Below the pieces are notes generated by a model. It worked only from the letters and a program-made list of their open reading frames with translations. It searched no databases and had not been told where the DNA came from. A program made the translations under genes and the position numbers. DNA of 64,000 nucleotides. It comes from Azolla caroliniana. Its lineage: Eukaryota; Plantae; Polypodiophyta. The stretch spans positions 12,896,001 to 12,960,000 of the forward strand of contig JBHGNT010000018.1 of NCBI GenBank assembly GCA_043228905.1. The letters run 5' to 3'. Positions 13,296 to 26,930 of this stretch are shown here, piece after piece. Within the stretch, counting starts at the first letter, position 1; each line of letters opens with the position of its first letter.

Positions 13296-16200
13296 CCGAC
13301 TGACCACTCCTATGGCATAGGCTAGGTCGGGCCGGGTCGCCACCATTGCGTACATGATACTTCATACAGCCAATGCATAGGGCATCTTTGCATTAAGGTC
13401 TCTCTCCTTGTCTGTTGAAGGAGAGTCTCTATCCGATAGTCGGATCAACGTCGGAACTGGTGTTGGTGTTGGCTTCGCATTCTGCATGTTGAAGCGCCTT
13501 AGCACCTTCCGGATATAGTCAGACCGGGAGAGTCAGAGAGTCTTGATCGTTTGATTTCACTTGATCCTCATGCCCAGTATGTGATGGGCTTGTCTGAGTT
13601 CTTTCATCGCGAACTTGTTGTGAAGGCTCCGCTTCAACTTTCCGATCTCTGCTTGATTTCTTCTTGTAATCAGCATGTCGTCGACATATAGGATTAGATA
13701 AATTTCTAGACTCGTCGGCCAGTTGCCAAACACACATACATGGGTCAGAGTCGGATCGATAGTATTAAGGCTGCCTGATGTAGGAGTCGAACTTCTGGTA
13801 CCACATCCTCGGTGTTTGTTTCAAGCCATAGAGAATTTTCTTCAGTCAACATACAAGGTGACTTTCCTCTCCCGTCACCGTGAAGCCTGCCGGTTGGGAC
13901 ATGTAGATGTCTTCTTCTAGATCTCCGTGTAGGAATGCCGTCTTTACATCCAACTGCTCTAGCTCTAGGTCTTTTGTCGCCATAGAGTCGGAGGGTGGTC
14001 ATCTTGACTACTAGTGAGAATATCTCATTGTAGTCGACCCCATATTCTTGTTTGAACCCTTTCGCGACAAGCCGAGCTTTGTACTTGGGTTTCTTAGTTA
14101 GATACATATTTGTATTGGAAAACCCATTTACAAGGTAGCGACTTTCTTCCTGCTGGTAGTTCGACCAGCTCCTATGTCTGATTCTTGTGAATCGAGTCCA
14201 TTTCGGATTTCATGGCTTTTAGCCATGTATCGGCATCCGTTGTGGCCATAGCTTCTTCATATGTGCTTGGTTCGCCTCCATCGGTGTAGTTGACGTAGTC
14301 GAGGCCCGGTTGAGAAAACTCTGTTGGTCTTTGAGCTCGTCTAGATCTCCTGGGTGCCGAGATAACTGGTTCGGATTCTTCGATTGGCTCTGTTGGGGGA
14401 TTGGTATTTGTTGAACCATTTGTGTCAAGAGTCTTGTTAGGTGACCCATCCCCAAGTCGGGATTTTGGTGGGTCATGTTGTCCTCCCCTATGGATTTTGT
14501 CGACTCGGTTCTGTTTCCTACTTGCATCTTGCTGACTTTGCCTTCTTCGACTCTTGTCGAATCGGCTCTGTCTTTGATAGCTTTGTCTTCGAGTTCAACT
14601 AGTGGACTTCCTACCGATTCAGAGTTGGCAGGTATGTTGTCGGCTTGGTCAAGTTCGATTGTTTGTCGAATATCTGAGTCAGTCCGGTGGGTCGGTCCTT
14701 CTACGACGTCTCTGTCTTCTTTGAAGGATACCTTTTTACCAACTATTTTCTGCTAGTTCTGCTGAGAGAAGATAGAGTCTTCATTGAAGACTACATCATT
14801 GCTTTGGATAAGTTTCCGGTTCTCAGGGTCCCATAGCCGGTAGCCAAAATCCCCATCGGTTCCATAACTGAGAAATATGCATTTCGTTGCATGGGGTGCC
14901 AATTTGGTCCTTTTCTCCCTAGGGATGAATGCGTAGGCTTCGCATCCGAATACACGGAACGGAGCCTATCGTAGGTCGGCTATTTGCCTAACCATAATGC
15001 TTGTGGCACTTAAAGCTTGGTTGCCTTTGATAGTGATAGATTTACCAAGTATACAGCCGTCTACAATGCTTCAGCCTAGAACTCCAACTTCAGTCCAACT
15101 TGTTGGAGCATTGCCGTCACCCTCTCTTGGATCGTTCGGTTGATCCGTTCTGCCACTCCATTCGACATGGGTGTGTACGGAACAATCTTTTGATGCGGAT
15201 CTCTTTGTTAGACATGTATTGTTTGAAGGCTCTGGAGGTATATTCGCCTCCGTTGTCGGATCAGAGTGTCTTCACTCTATGGCCTGACCAGTTCTCCCCT
15301 TAAGATGTCCACCAAGTGAAGACCTCAAGCGCTTTGTCCTTGGACCTGATCGAGTAGGCCCAGACCTTCCGTGTATAATCATCTACAAAGGTGATGAAGT
15401 ACCGGAAGCCTCCTAGTGATCGCTCTGGCATGGGCCCACATATATATGTGAGCACCAGGTCTAGGGGCTCTCGTACCATCTCGTAGTGGTGAGCGTGTGC
15501 ACTTCAGGTCTGTTTCCCATATCGATAATGCTCGTAGAAGTCTGTCTTTGCTTGGAGTTTAGGGATTTAGCCGACCGCCATCAGTCGATCAAGTTTGGCT
15601 TGAGACATATGGCCAGGTTTGCCATGCCATAGGTTTGGGTTAGTCTTTTCGACTACGTTCACGACCCCTTTTAGATTGATCGCCATTAATGGGTACAAGT
15701 TATTGTACTTTTGCCCGCCTCCTATCTTCAGGTTTCCTTGGTTGATCATCCATGTCGACTCACTTAGAGTCATTTAGTACCTGTCTTCGGTCAACATGTT
15801 GATGGTGACCAGACTCCTTTTCAGATCAGGTAGGTTCCGAAATTGGTGCAGGGTGATCATGTTGCCATTGGGCAATCGGATGGGAACCTCTCCGGTCCTT
15901 GCGATTCTACACTCCTGCCCGTTGCCTAGTCAAACTGTGCCGCTGACGTCAACTGAATAGTTCGAAAACCATTCAATGTTGGGGGTCATATGGAATGTGG
16001 CACCAAAATCCAGTAGCCACGTCTGTGCATCTTGTGTAGTGTAGAGGACTTCTCTGATCATCGAGTCCTCTAAAGAAAGGCTTTTTCCTGATCGGGTGTC
16101 GGTAATGTTGATTTGGTTGCCTACTGGAGAGTGGTCTAAGTTGGGTCTTCCTCAATTTGGCTCTAATCACCAACCACTCTCTTTCCTTTTGATCGACTAG

Positions 16201-16489
16201 TAGGCGAAAACATTGTGGCCAACTTTTCTGCAGTTTGTGCAGAATTCACCTGATTGGCCTATTCTTGACTTTGACTATTGTCGGTCTCCCCTTGTCTTCG
16301 ATCGGTTGGTGTTCCGACCGGTTCCGTCGGCTTGTTCTCTCGTCCTACTTTGTCAAACGAATGACTTGGTCCAATGATGGGCTTCTGCCGATTCATCGAT
16401 GGTGAGTCCCATCGATTTTCGTCGAATGTCCTTGGTGAGAACTTGGCTGATTGTCTCATCCAGATTTAGGATTGGTCGGCTATTGGTGA
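13296..16489 (-). pseudogene. Copia E gag C-terminus, PR, INT and RT remnants
   Basis: WLLDFGATFHMTP protease; NLWHGKPGHMS pre-integrase; RYFITFVDDY and SDNGGEY integrase; [12 protein letters not shown]. Confidence 0.88.
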
Positions 16490-17830
16490 TGTCGTGAAGA
16501 TTTTTGGCAATGGTGTGAAAATCACATAAAACTACAAAAAGATAGAGGTCTTGAAGAGCTTTCGTATGCACTTTACTACATAAGAAACGGACATCTAAGT
16601 GTCAACTTATGTGGGTATGAAGTTTTGCAAAAGAAAAAGAGAAAAATAAAACTATGAAATATCCCACATAGATAGGAAAGTTTAGGCTCCAAGTATATAA
16701 GCATATTGAGATCCATCATATTTCATTTATGTGCTCTTAATAGTTGGACTGAAGCCACTTTTGTCTAGATGGATGGACATATGTGGCTAAGTTGTCGGAT
16801 GTGGCTAAGTGTCCGAACCAGCTGGTGAAGAAACTCAAACCGGTCGACGATAGAATCGGAAACTGGATGGAGTCGACAATCGGTGACTGTATGCATCTGG
16901 CAATCGACAATGGAACCGGTGACCGGCGATCCGACGACGACATCCGGCAACGAAACTAGCGACCGACCGGTGTCGGTAAACCCGGTTACTAGCATCCCGC
17001 GACGGAGCCGACGGCAACAGGCAGCGGAGCCAGTGAGCTGACGGCAATCGGCGGTAGATCCGGTGAGTCGGTGATGGTGAGCCGACAGCAATCGGTGATG
17101 GATCCGGTGAGCCAGCAACATCGGTTGACCGGCCGATGACCGACAAGCGACTCGGGATGTGGACTAGGCCGGACCAAGCGGATGCAAATCGGACGGATCA
17201 GTCGGGTCAGTTGATCGCGGTGCATGGTGTCTTAAAGATGTTTGGTCCAAAAGCCTAATAGTATTTTGTGCATAAAAGAAAAAGATGTAAGCAAGACTCA
17301 AACTTAACACCTCCAAGATAAGAAGCAATAGGCTTACCATTAAGCCAAACCATTTCTTTAGAGATTATATTTTTATCATTATAACTTTACATGTAAATTC
17401 TCATACATGAGGGCTAAAATGAGTGATGTGGTTATCATGCACCACATGTAATACATGAGTGCCAAATGACGAACATGCATTTTAAGCATGTCTTGTACCC
17501 TAAAATGCACATGGGAATCTATAAAAGAGGGGGGGGGGAAAGATGAAGGGATTTTTAGCAAAGAAGCTTTGTACTTTATATCAAAATTAATATTAAGAAG
17601 AAAATTCATTATCCTTTTGATGATATACCTTGTTCTTCAAATCTAAAGTTAAAAGTTCAATCTTAATCTCTCTCAATATAAAGTCAAGCATTTAATCTCA
17701 ATTTCTCTCTCTCTCTCAATCTATCTTAAATACTTTCTCACTAAAGCTTGTGCGTACTTCGAGTCCTTCCGGTCCAGAACTTTGGCGGTTCCGCCTCACG
17801 ATTCACGTGTAGTGAAGAATCTTCAAGACA
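16490..17830 (+). repeat. 5' LTR of C
   Basis: TGTCGTGAAG...CTTCAAGACA; TATA CTATAAAA near 17519. Confidence 0.92.
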
Positions 17831-17838
17831 TAATTAAA

Positions 17839-17856
17839 TGGTGAACCCGACGTGAA
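17839..17856 (+). promoter_or_regulatory. PBS (tRNA-Trp) of C
   Basis: TGGTGAACCCGACGTGAA, 8 nt after the LTR end. Confidence 0.9.
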
Positions 17857-20800
17857 AGAGGCGGCAGGAAGGATCAAATCGAGGATCAAACCGGATTTTA
17901 AGAACGGACTATTGGAGCATGGGGCACAAATAGTCCGAGCAATCACAAGTCCCCACAAGAAAATAGAGCACGTGGATTGTGAGGAGAAGCAACATGTGTC
18001 ACACCTAGTGGCGCATGTAAACTAGTACTACCCGACAAGAAGGACAAGCGTCGGATACAAGATTTCGAGAAGATGCTGAAAGAAGAAAACATAATAGAAG
18101 AAGAAGAGTTCGTGACTCATATTATGGAAGAAGCCTCATTTAATGACACCATCGGCGAAATCGAGGACGTCGTGGACTTGAGCTATCTTCACGACCAAAG
18201 CATGATTTCGGTTAACTCCGTCAACATGTACACTATCATCGATGAATATCATCGAAGCATCTTGATGAAGGAAGCTAACATCAACACAAAATATAAAATG
18301 GTGGATAGGAAGATCAAGCCAGTTGTGGTTCCCCTACCGGAAGATAGCTGGCAAAAGATGAAGGAATTCGCTAAAGATCCAAGTTGAAGAGATTCAAAGG
18401 CAATAGGTCATGTCTTCACCGAAGAGACGAAAAGAAAGCTACAAGTTGGAAAGGAGGATTTCCTCCTCCCTAAAGAGGAGCGAAAGTTTCGCGACATGCT
18501 CGAGAGACATGGGAAGGCTTTCGCATTTTTCCCACAAGAAATCGGATGTGCTGATCCAAGGATGATAGAGCCGATGGTGATCTTCACGGTGCCACACGTA
18601 CTTGGAATTTGAAACCGATACTGGTTCCGAGAGCACACCTACTGAACTTGATTGAGCTCTTAAAGGAGAAGGTGAATATGGGAATTCTAGAACCGTCAAA
18701 TGCTCCTTATTCTAATAGGTGGTTCACGGTGCCGAAGAAGAGTGGATCATTGTGATTTATCTAAGAACTTCAACCCGTCAACAAGGTGACAATTCGGAAT
18801 GCTGGAATCAGTCCGAGTGTGAACGAATTTGCTAAGGCATTTGCAGGCCGGTCCATCTACTCCATTGGTGATCTCTACTCTGGATATGACCAATTCCAAT
18901 TGGCGATCGACAGTCGTGATATTACAACCATGAGGACTCCGATCGGGCTAGTGCGGATGTGTACCTTACCTCAAGGTGCAACAAACTCGGTGGCTCATAT
19001 GGTGAATGCCATGAACAAGGTCTTAAAGGATTGCATCCCGGACATCACGATGCCATTCTTGGATGATATTCCAATAAAAGGATGTTCGGATGACGAGAAG
19101 AATGGATCAAAAGATAAGGAAGGGTGTAGAAAGTTCGTCATGGATCATATGAAAGATTGCGAGAAGGTGCTCCGAAGGCTCGAAGACGTGAATTTGACAT
19201 TTTCGGGTGAGAAATCCGCATTCGGGCAACCAGAGATCTTGGTGGTAGGTCACTTATGTGGAGCATACGGCCGGAAGCCTTCGCAATCAAAGGTGAACGC
19301 GATCCAGGATATGAAAGAAGAATGTGTAAACCAAACAGAGGTTTGAAGGTTCCTTGGAGCATGCGCATTTTACCATATTTGGATTCCGCAGTACGCCCAT
19401 GTCGCCGAGCCTTTATATGGATTGCTAAAGAAAAGAATGAAGTTCAAATGGCGAGACGAGCACACGTACGCAATGTGAAGATTGAAGAAACTACTTCTTG
19501 AAGCTCCAACACTAAGAAAGGCCAAGCCAACTATACCGAAGGAAAGCCGATTTATGTGACTGTAGATACGAGCCCAACCAGAATCGGGTGCATCATCAAC
19601 CAAGAAGGAGAAGATAATGCGCAGTATGCCATCCGGTTCGGAGCAAGGGTTCTCAGCGAATGACAAGAAAGATACGCCCAAGTCAAGCAGGAACTTCGGG
19701 GTATTATGTTGGCAGTGGAGACAGACAAAGATTACCTGATCAGGTCGCAAGTGATAATAGAGATAGCTTGTCTCCCAATCCTCGGAATGATATCGGGATG
19801 TGCGACTCCAGATTTAGCTATGCTAAGGTGGATCGCCTATGTCAAGTCTTTAAACCCAGAGATCCGCCACATTGCAGGCAAGAAGAACACCCTGGCTGAT
19901 ATGCTGTCAAGGGCAAGATTTGAAAGTGAAAGTGACATGGTTTCGGAAGATGAAGACATCACCCTCGACTTCTTCAAGATAGCTCGATTATCGGCGGAAG
20001 ACTAGGACACGCTAACCCTCCATGCCTTCAACGAGGAAGAGTACGAAGGAGAGTGGTTACTGATCGGCAGTTTCTTAAGAACAATGATGACAGATGCTTT
20101 GTGGACAAAGGAGGAGGCTCTACGAATCTGAAAGAAAGCTTATCGATACTTCTTGAAGGGAGGCTTCCTTTGGCGACACCCAAAAAGAAGGACGGGAATA
20201 CCACGCCGAGTGGTGATGAAGAAAGAAGAGCAAGTGACGCTCATGACCGAATTCCACGAGAGTGCTTGGGCGGTCATAAAGGAACATGGGTGACGTTCGA
20301 AAAGTTGAAGGAAAAGTACTGGTGGCCAAGCATGTACAAAGATGTACTCCATTTCGTGTCCACATGCAAAACTTGCCAAGTACATTCCAACATACGTCAT
20401 CGTGATGAGCTACGACCGACATACCCGCTCACCATACACTTAAAATGGATGGTTGATCTCGTCTCAATGCCAATGGGAGTGGGACAAATGAAGTACTTAG
20501 TGCTGGCAAGAGAAGACTTGAAAAATCAAGTGGAAGGGCGGGCCTTGACAAATAAGACAACGTTAGTTGTTTGCAAATTTCTACTTGAAGAGGTTGTTTG
20601 CTGATACGGATGTGTGGGGAAGATAGTCGCCGACCGGGGGGAGTTGGACGCACACGAAGCAACAAACCCTTTCGAACGACTAGGCATGAAGCTCTCCCTC
20701 ACAACTACCTACAATCCAAAAACGAATGGGAAGATCGAACGAGGGCATGGACCCATTGTCAAAGCCATCGTACGAACATGCAACTGTTGAGTCGGGAATT

Positions 20801-21428
20801 GGCCACGATTATTGCCCTATGCCTTGTGGGCCGACATAACAACACACAACTTGGTGACAGGGTATATGCCAACGGAGCTTATGTATGGACAAAAGCCGGT
20901 GATGCCCATCAAAAGGATGATCGCCTCATGGGTAACGATACCATGGGAGAACGAGATGAGCTGAGAAGAATTATTAGCGGCACGGATAAGGCAACTTGAA
21001 AGGAGACCTGAAGATCTAGAACATGTGCGAAAAATGATGGAGGCAGTCCGAGTGAAGAACAAAATTCGGTTCGACAAGCCGCATCAATTGCGTCCCAAGA
21101 CAACACCCTTGACAATCAACACAGTACAACAAGAAAGTTCACAAGAAGATGGTTAAGACCATATGTGGTGATAAGTGCCATCGACAATGCCACATACCAC
21201 CTTGCGGAGCTAGATGGATCAAGGTTGGCCATACCTATTGAGGGAAAAAGAGTAAAGGTTTTCAAGAAAAGACAAGACGAGGATCTTGACCTCGATCACC
21301 TTGACAATGAACATAGTACGATGGATGTGAATGAAGACGTGGAGGAATTTGATTGATCACCGTAGCCGAAATCTCACACTCTCTCTTCTTGGCACGTACT
21401 AGAGGACGTGTGGTTTGGTGGGGGTGGA

Positions 21429-22584
21429 TGTCGTGAAGATTTTCGGCAATGGTGTGAAAATCACATAAAACTACAAAAAGATGGAGGTCTTGCAGAGCTT
21501 TCAGATGCACTTTACTACATAAGAAACAAAAATCTAAGTGTCAACTTATGTGGGTATGAAGTTTTGCAAAAGAAAAAGAGAAAAATAAAACTGTGAAATA
21601 TCCCACATAGATAGGAAAGTTTAGGCTCCAAGTATATAAGTAGATTGAGATCCATCATATTTCATTTATGTGTTAAGAGCACATAAAAAATAGTTGGACT
21701 TAAGCCACTTTTGTCTAGATGGACATATGTGGCTAAGTGCCCGAACCGGCTGCGGAAGAAACTCAAACCGGTCGACGATAGAATCAGAAACTGGATGGAG
21801 CCAGCAATCGGTGATATATGCATCTGGCAATAGATGACTGGATGGATCCGGCAACCGGCAATGGAACCGGGGACCGGAAATCCGACGACGGCATCCGGCA
21901 ACGGAACCGACGACCGACCGGTGTTGGTAAACCCGGTTACTAGCATCCTGCGACAGAGCCGACGACAGATCTAGTGAGCTGGCGATGGTGAGCCAACGGC
22001 AACCGACGATGGATCCGGTGAGATGGTGAGCTAGCAGCATCGGTCGACCGGCCGATGACCGACAAGCGACTTGAGATGCGGATTGGGCCGGACCAAACAG
22101 ATCCAAATTGGACGGATCGGTCCGGTCGATTGATCGCAGTGCATGGTGTCTTAAAGATGAGTGATGTGGTTATCATGCACCACATGTAATACATGAGCGC
22201 CAAATGGCAAACATGCATTTTCTGCATGTCTTGTACCCTCAAATGCATGAGGGCATCTATAAAAGAGGGGGGGAAAAAAGATGAAGGGATTTTTAGCAAA
22301 GAAGCTTTGTACTTTATATCAAAATTAATATTAAGAAGAAAATTCGTTATCCTTTTGATGATATACCTTGTTCTTCAAATCTAAAGTTAAAAGTTCAATC
22401 TTAATCTCTCTCTGCATTTCAATCTCTCTCAATCTAAAGTGAAGCGTTTAATCTCAAGTTCTCTCTCTCTCAATCTATCTTAAATACTTTCTCACTAAAG
22501 CTTGTGCGTACTTCGAGTCCTTCCGGTCCAGAACCCCAGCGGTTCCGCCTCATGATCCGCGCGTAGTGACGGATCTTCACGACA
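21429..22584 (+). repeat. 3' LTR of C
   Basis: Homologous to 16490-17830 with a ~180-bp deletion near 22158. Confidence 0.92.
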
Positions 22585-23077
22585 ACGTATGTCGTGCAGA
22601 ATACCTCCCAACTCACCGGGAAGCTCGATAGGAGGACAAGGGCTTTCACTTCTTGTTCAAAGTTGATCCCTTGTGATGAGAGTTCTGACAACACCCGGCT
22701 GAAGGTGTTGATCTGAGAGGTAGCCGAATCGGTGTCTCTCATCTTCATGTTGAACAGTTGTTTTATCAAGCTCAGTTTTGAAGATGGGGACTTTTTCTCG
22801 TACACGGCTTGTAGCTTCTCCCATAACGAGAACAATGTTGTCCCTTTGCCATGCTGAAGTAGACGTTTTCGGCTAGGTGCATTCGAATGGTGCAGTGTAC
22901 GATTTTGTCCATTGATCTCCACTCATCGGCTGACATTGAAGCAAGCTTTTCGGAGTGTCGAATGGCCTCGGCTTGTCTTCGAATAATTAGTACATCCTGC
23001 ATCATCTCCCTCCATAGGGCAAAGTTTTTGCCATTGAATTTCTGGATCTCAACTCTTGTACCGGATGTTGATGCCAT
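22585..23077 (-). pseudogene. Copia E gag N-terminus
   Basis: MASTSGTRVEIQKFNGKNFALWREMMQDVL...LWEKLQAVYEKKS..LLSSFPVSWEVF. Confidence 0.88.
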
Positions 23078-23196
23078 GATTCTTTTGAAAGCGAGATTTG
23101 CTAGCCCGGTCTTTTGTTTTTTTCTTTCAACCCCCCCCGCCCCCCCTTTTTTTTGTTGTTTATTGCCGCCGAGCCGCGGATCGCACTGATACTAGT

Positions 23197-23497
23197 TGAA
23201 AGATAGATATGCGGGGAAACGTATGTGAGGACCTGTCGGTTATGCTCATCAAACAACATAGAGGGAAGGCAAGAAAATATAGACAAATGATAGATATACA
23301 CAGATAAAGCTTTAATGGAAGCTCTCCTTATTTTTGTTCTCTCTCTCTCTCTCTCTCTCTTAGAGACTGGATGTACAGGATGATCAAGTGATCTCTTGTT
23401 TAGAACGTTAGGTTATTGCTTAGATACTAAGCCCTAACTATATGGACGAATTCACACTAGGATACAAAGTGGAAGGAGTTGGCCTTTTATGCCAACA
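23197..23497 (-). repeat. 5' LTR of copia E (single unit)
   Basis: TGTTGGCAT...CTTTCA on the minus strand, followed by the iMet-type PBS. Confidence 0.9.
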
Positions 23498-26400
23498 CAT
23501 CTAACTATGTCCCCAATTCAGTGTAATAAAAGTTGTCACCCCATTAACGAAAAGGAATTCTTGTTTTCTGAAAATGGGATGTGTAAATTTAGAAACATTA
23601 ATAGAGGAGATATTAAAATAGAAATCCTAGAGGAACAACTTTTGATGATGAGACAATAAAGGGGTACATGGAGATAATATCATTTGATGATACTCTTGGG
23701 GAAATGGAGAGAGTCATTGAATTGAAACAACAAGTCAACAGAGTGATTCCAACCAACTCTGTCGCTTTATACACTGCCATTGACGAATACAAGCAAGGTG
23801 TTGCAGAAGATGAAGTCGAAGTTAATACCAAATACAAGATTGTGGATAAGAAGGTCAAACTTGTGGCTGCTCCTTTGCCTGAAGACAGTTGGTAGTGAAT
23901 AAAGGAGGTAGCGTGAGATCCATGCCTTAGAAACCCGAAAGGAGTAGGGCATGTCTTCACTGACGAAACTCGTAGGAAGCTCAAAGTTGGTAGGGGTGAG
24001 TTTTTGCTACCCAAAGAAGAGTCCAAGTTCTGGGAAATGTTGGAGCGGCACAGGAAAGCGTTTGCCTTTTGCTCACAAGAGATCGGATGTGTTGACCCAT
24101 CACTTGTGGAACTAATGGTTATCTTCACAATACCCCATGTACCATGGAACTTGAATCCAATTCCCGTCCCAAGAGCTCATATTCCAAAATTGCTACAACT
24201 ATTAAAGGAAAAGTTTAGAATGGGAATCCTCGAGCCATCTAATGCGCCTTATTCAAATAGGTGGTTCACAGTGCCGAAGAAGAATGGAGCACTTCGATTT
24301 ATCCAAGATCTGCAGCTGGTAAACAAGGTCACCATTTGTAATCCTAGGATTGGACCTAGTGTTGATGAGCTTGCCGAAGCTTTTGCGGAAATGCCGATTT
24401 ACTCATTTGGAAACTTGTATTCTGGATACGACCAATTTCAATTGTCTTTGGATAGTCGAGACATCACAACCATGCAGACTCCCATCAAGCTAGTAAGGAG
24501 GTGTACATTATCGCAAGGAGCAACTAACTCGGTGGCCCATATGATGAATGCCATGAACAAAGTACTAAGAGACTACATCCCAAATATTACTATGCCTTTC
24601 CTCGATGATATCCCTATGAATGGGTGCTCTGAATTAGAGGACGAGTCTTTAGATCAAGATGGATGTCAAAGATTTGTTTCAAACCATATTGAAGAATGTG
24701 AAAGAGTGCGACAAAGACTAGAATTTACGAGACTCACATTCTCCGAAGAAAAATCGGCATTCGGGCAGCACAAGATCTTCATAGTGGGACATCTTTGTGG
24801 ACCATATGGACAAAAACCCTCTCTCGAGAAGGTGAATGCTATTCAAGAGATGCGAGAGGAATGTGGAAAACAGACAGAAGATTCTTAGGAGAATGTGCAT
24901 TCTACCATATTTGGATTCCACACTATGCTCTTGTGGCTGAACCCTCGTATAGTTTATTGTAAAAATGGAGAAAATTCAAATGGGAACCGGTCTACACAGA
25001 GGCGATGAAGAGGCTAAAAGGGATGCTAGTGGCAACTCGAACTTTAAGAAAATTCGTCTACAAAGAAGGGATGCCCATCTACATCACGGTAGATATGAAC
25101 CCAACATGAATTGGATGGGTCAACAATCAAGAAGTAGAAGATAGCACACGGTACACCATTTGGTTCGGATCAAAGGTCCTTAGAGAATGACATCGAGGAT
25201 ACGCCCAAGTCAAGTGAGAACTCTAAGGTATCATGTCTACGGTGAAGGTAGACAAGGACTACCTGATCGGGCCAGAAGTGATAATTGAGACGAATTCCTC
25301 CCAATCCTTGGGATGACCTCAGAATGTGCGACACCAGATCTGGCTATGTTAAGGTGGTCGCTCATATCAAAGCGTTGAATAGAGATCCGCCACATTACAG
25401 GAAAAAACAACGCCATGGTTGACACGTTGTCAAGAGCAAGATTTCAGGATGAGACTGACATGGTTTTGGAAGATGAAGCATCCCCTCAACTCCTTCAAGA
25501 TGGCCCAACTGTTTGTAGAAGGTCAATGTATGGAAACCCTCCATGCCTTCAACGAGAACAAGTATGAAGGGGAGTGGTTACTGATCGGAAGGTTCTTGAG
25601 CACAATGATGGTGGGTGCTTCATGCACGAAGGAGGAGCCTCTACGGATCTGAAAGAAAGCTTACCAATAATTTTTGAAGGGAGGATTCCTTTGGTGACAC
25701 CCAAAGAGAAGGACATGGATGCCACGTCGAGTAGTGGTTAAGAGAGAGGACCAAACGATGTTGATGTCTGAATTCCACGAGAGTCCTTGGGCAGGTCATA
25801 GAGGAACACGGGCAGTGTTTGAAAAACTGAAGGAGAAGTACTGGTGCCCGACCATGTACAAAGACGTACTGCATTTCGTGTTCACATGCAAAAGCTGCCA
25901 AGTACATTTGAGCATATGTCACCATGATGAGTTGTGGTCGATATAGCCACTCACCATACACTTCAAATGGATGGTGGATCTGGTCTCGATGCCAATGGGA
26001 GTGGGACAAATGAAGTACTTGGTACTAGCAAGGGAAGACTTGATGAATTAGGTGGAAGAACGGATCTTGGAAAATAAGACAATGTTAGCCTTTTAAAAAT
26101 TTCTACTCGAAGAGGTCGTCTGTCAATACGGATGTGTGGGAAAGATAGTGGCCGACCGAGGGGAGTTGGATGCACACAAAACAATGGAGCTCTTCGAGTG
26201 ACTAGGCGTGAAGCTCTCCCTCACAACTGCCTACAATCTGGAAGCAAATGGGAAGATTGAGTGAGAGCATGGACCGATAGTCAAAGCCATCGTATGAGCA
26301 TGCGACGGTCGAATTGGGAACTGGCTGCGACTATTGTCGTATGCATTGTGGGTCGATAGAACTACGCACAATTCTGTGACAGGCTATATGCTAGCAGAGC

Positions 26401-26930
26401 TCATGTATGGACAAAAGCCAGTAATGCCCATCGAGAGGGCGATCACCACATGGGTAGCAATACCATGGGAGAACGCGATGAGATGAGAAGAATTATTGGC
26501 GGCGCGGATAAGGCGACTCGAAAGAAGACCCGAAGATCTATAAAATGCATGAAAGATAATGGAGGCAGCCCGAGTGAAGAACAAGATTTGGTTCAACAAG
26601 ACACATCAACTATGTCCCAAGAAGATCGAAGAAGGAGATTGGGTATTGGTGTATGACAACAACCTTGACAACCAACACAGGACGACAAGAAAGTTCTCAA
26701 GAAGGTGGTTTGGACCGTATGTGGTGATGAGTGCCAATGACAACGCCACCTACTACCTCGCGGAGCTAGACGGATCAAGGTTGGCCATACCCATTGCTGG
26801 GAAAAGAGTAAAGATCTTCAAGAAAAGACAAGATGAGGGTCTTGACCTTGATGACCTCAACAATGAAGATAGTAAGGCAGAACCCACAAATGTGAGTAAG
26901 GTCAATGAGGGCGTGCAGGAAATTGATTGA
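23498..26930 (+). mobile_element. Ty3/gypsy element D, pol segment (RT-RH-INT pseudogene); 3' LTR not seen
   Basis: ORFs 24004-24888 (PYSNRWFTVPKK, PFLDD), 25719-25946 (HESPWAGH..C..C) and 26559-26930 (RWFGPY). Confidence 0.9.

Larger units (their letters stand above)
16490..22584 (+). mobile_element. Ty3/gypsy element C (same family as A), gag-PR deleted, nested in copia E gag
   Basis: LTRs 16490-17830 and 21429-22584; PBS 17839-17856; PPT ~21417-21428; pol fragments 17900-21356; leader joins directly to the GGATTTT site at 17893. Confidence 0.92.
5040..23497 (-). mobile_element. Ty1/copia LTR retrotransposon E (Tnt1-like gag), degenerate, carrying nested B and C
   Basis: LTRs 5040-5722 and 23197-23497; 5-bp TSD CATCT (5035-5039 and 23498-23502); degenerate iMet PBS TAGTATCAGTGC at 23183-23194; PPT near 5723-5733; gag MASTSGTRVEIQKFNGKNFALW; [20 protein letters not shown]; RH IYCDSQGAIHL. 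Confidence 0.93.
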
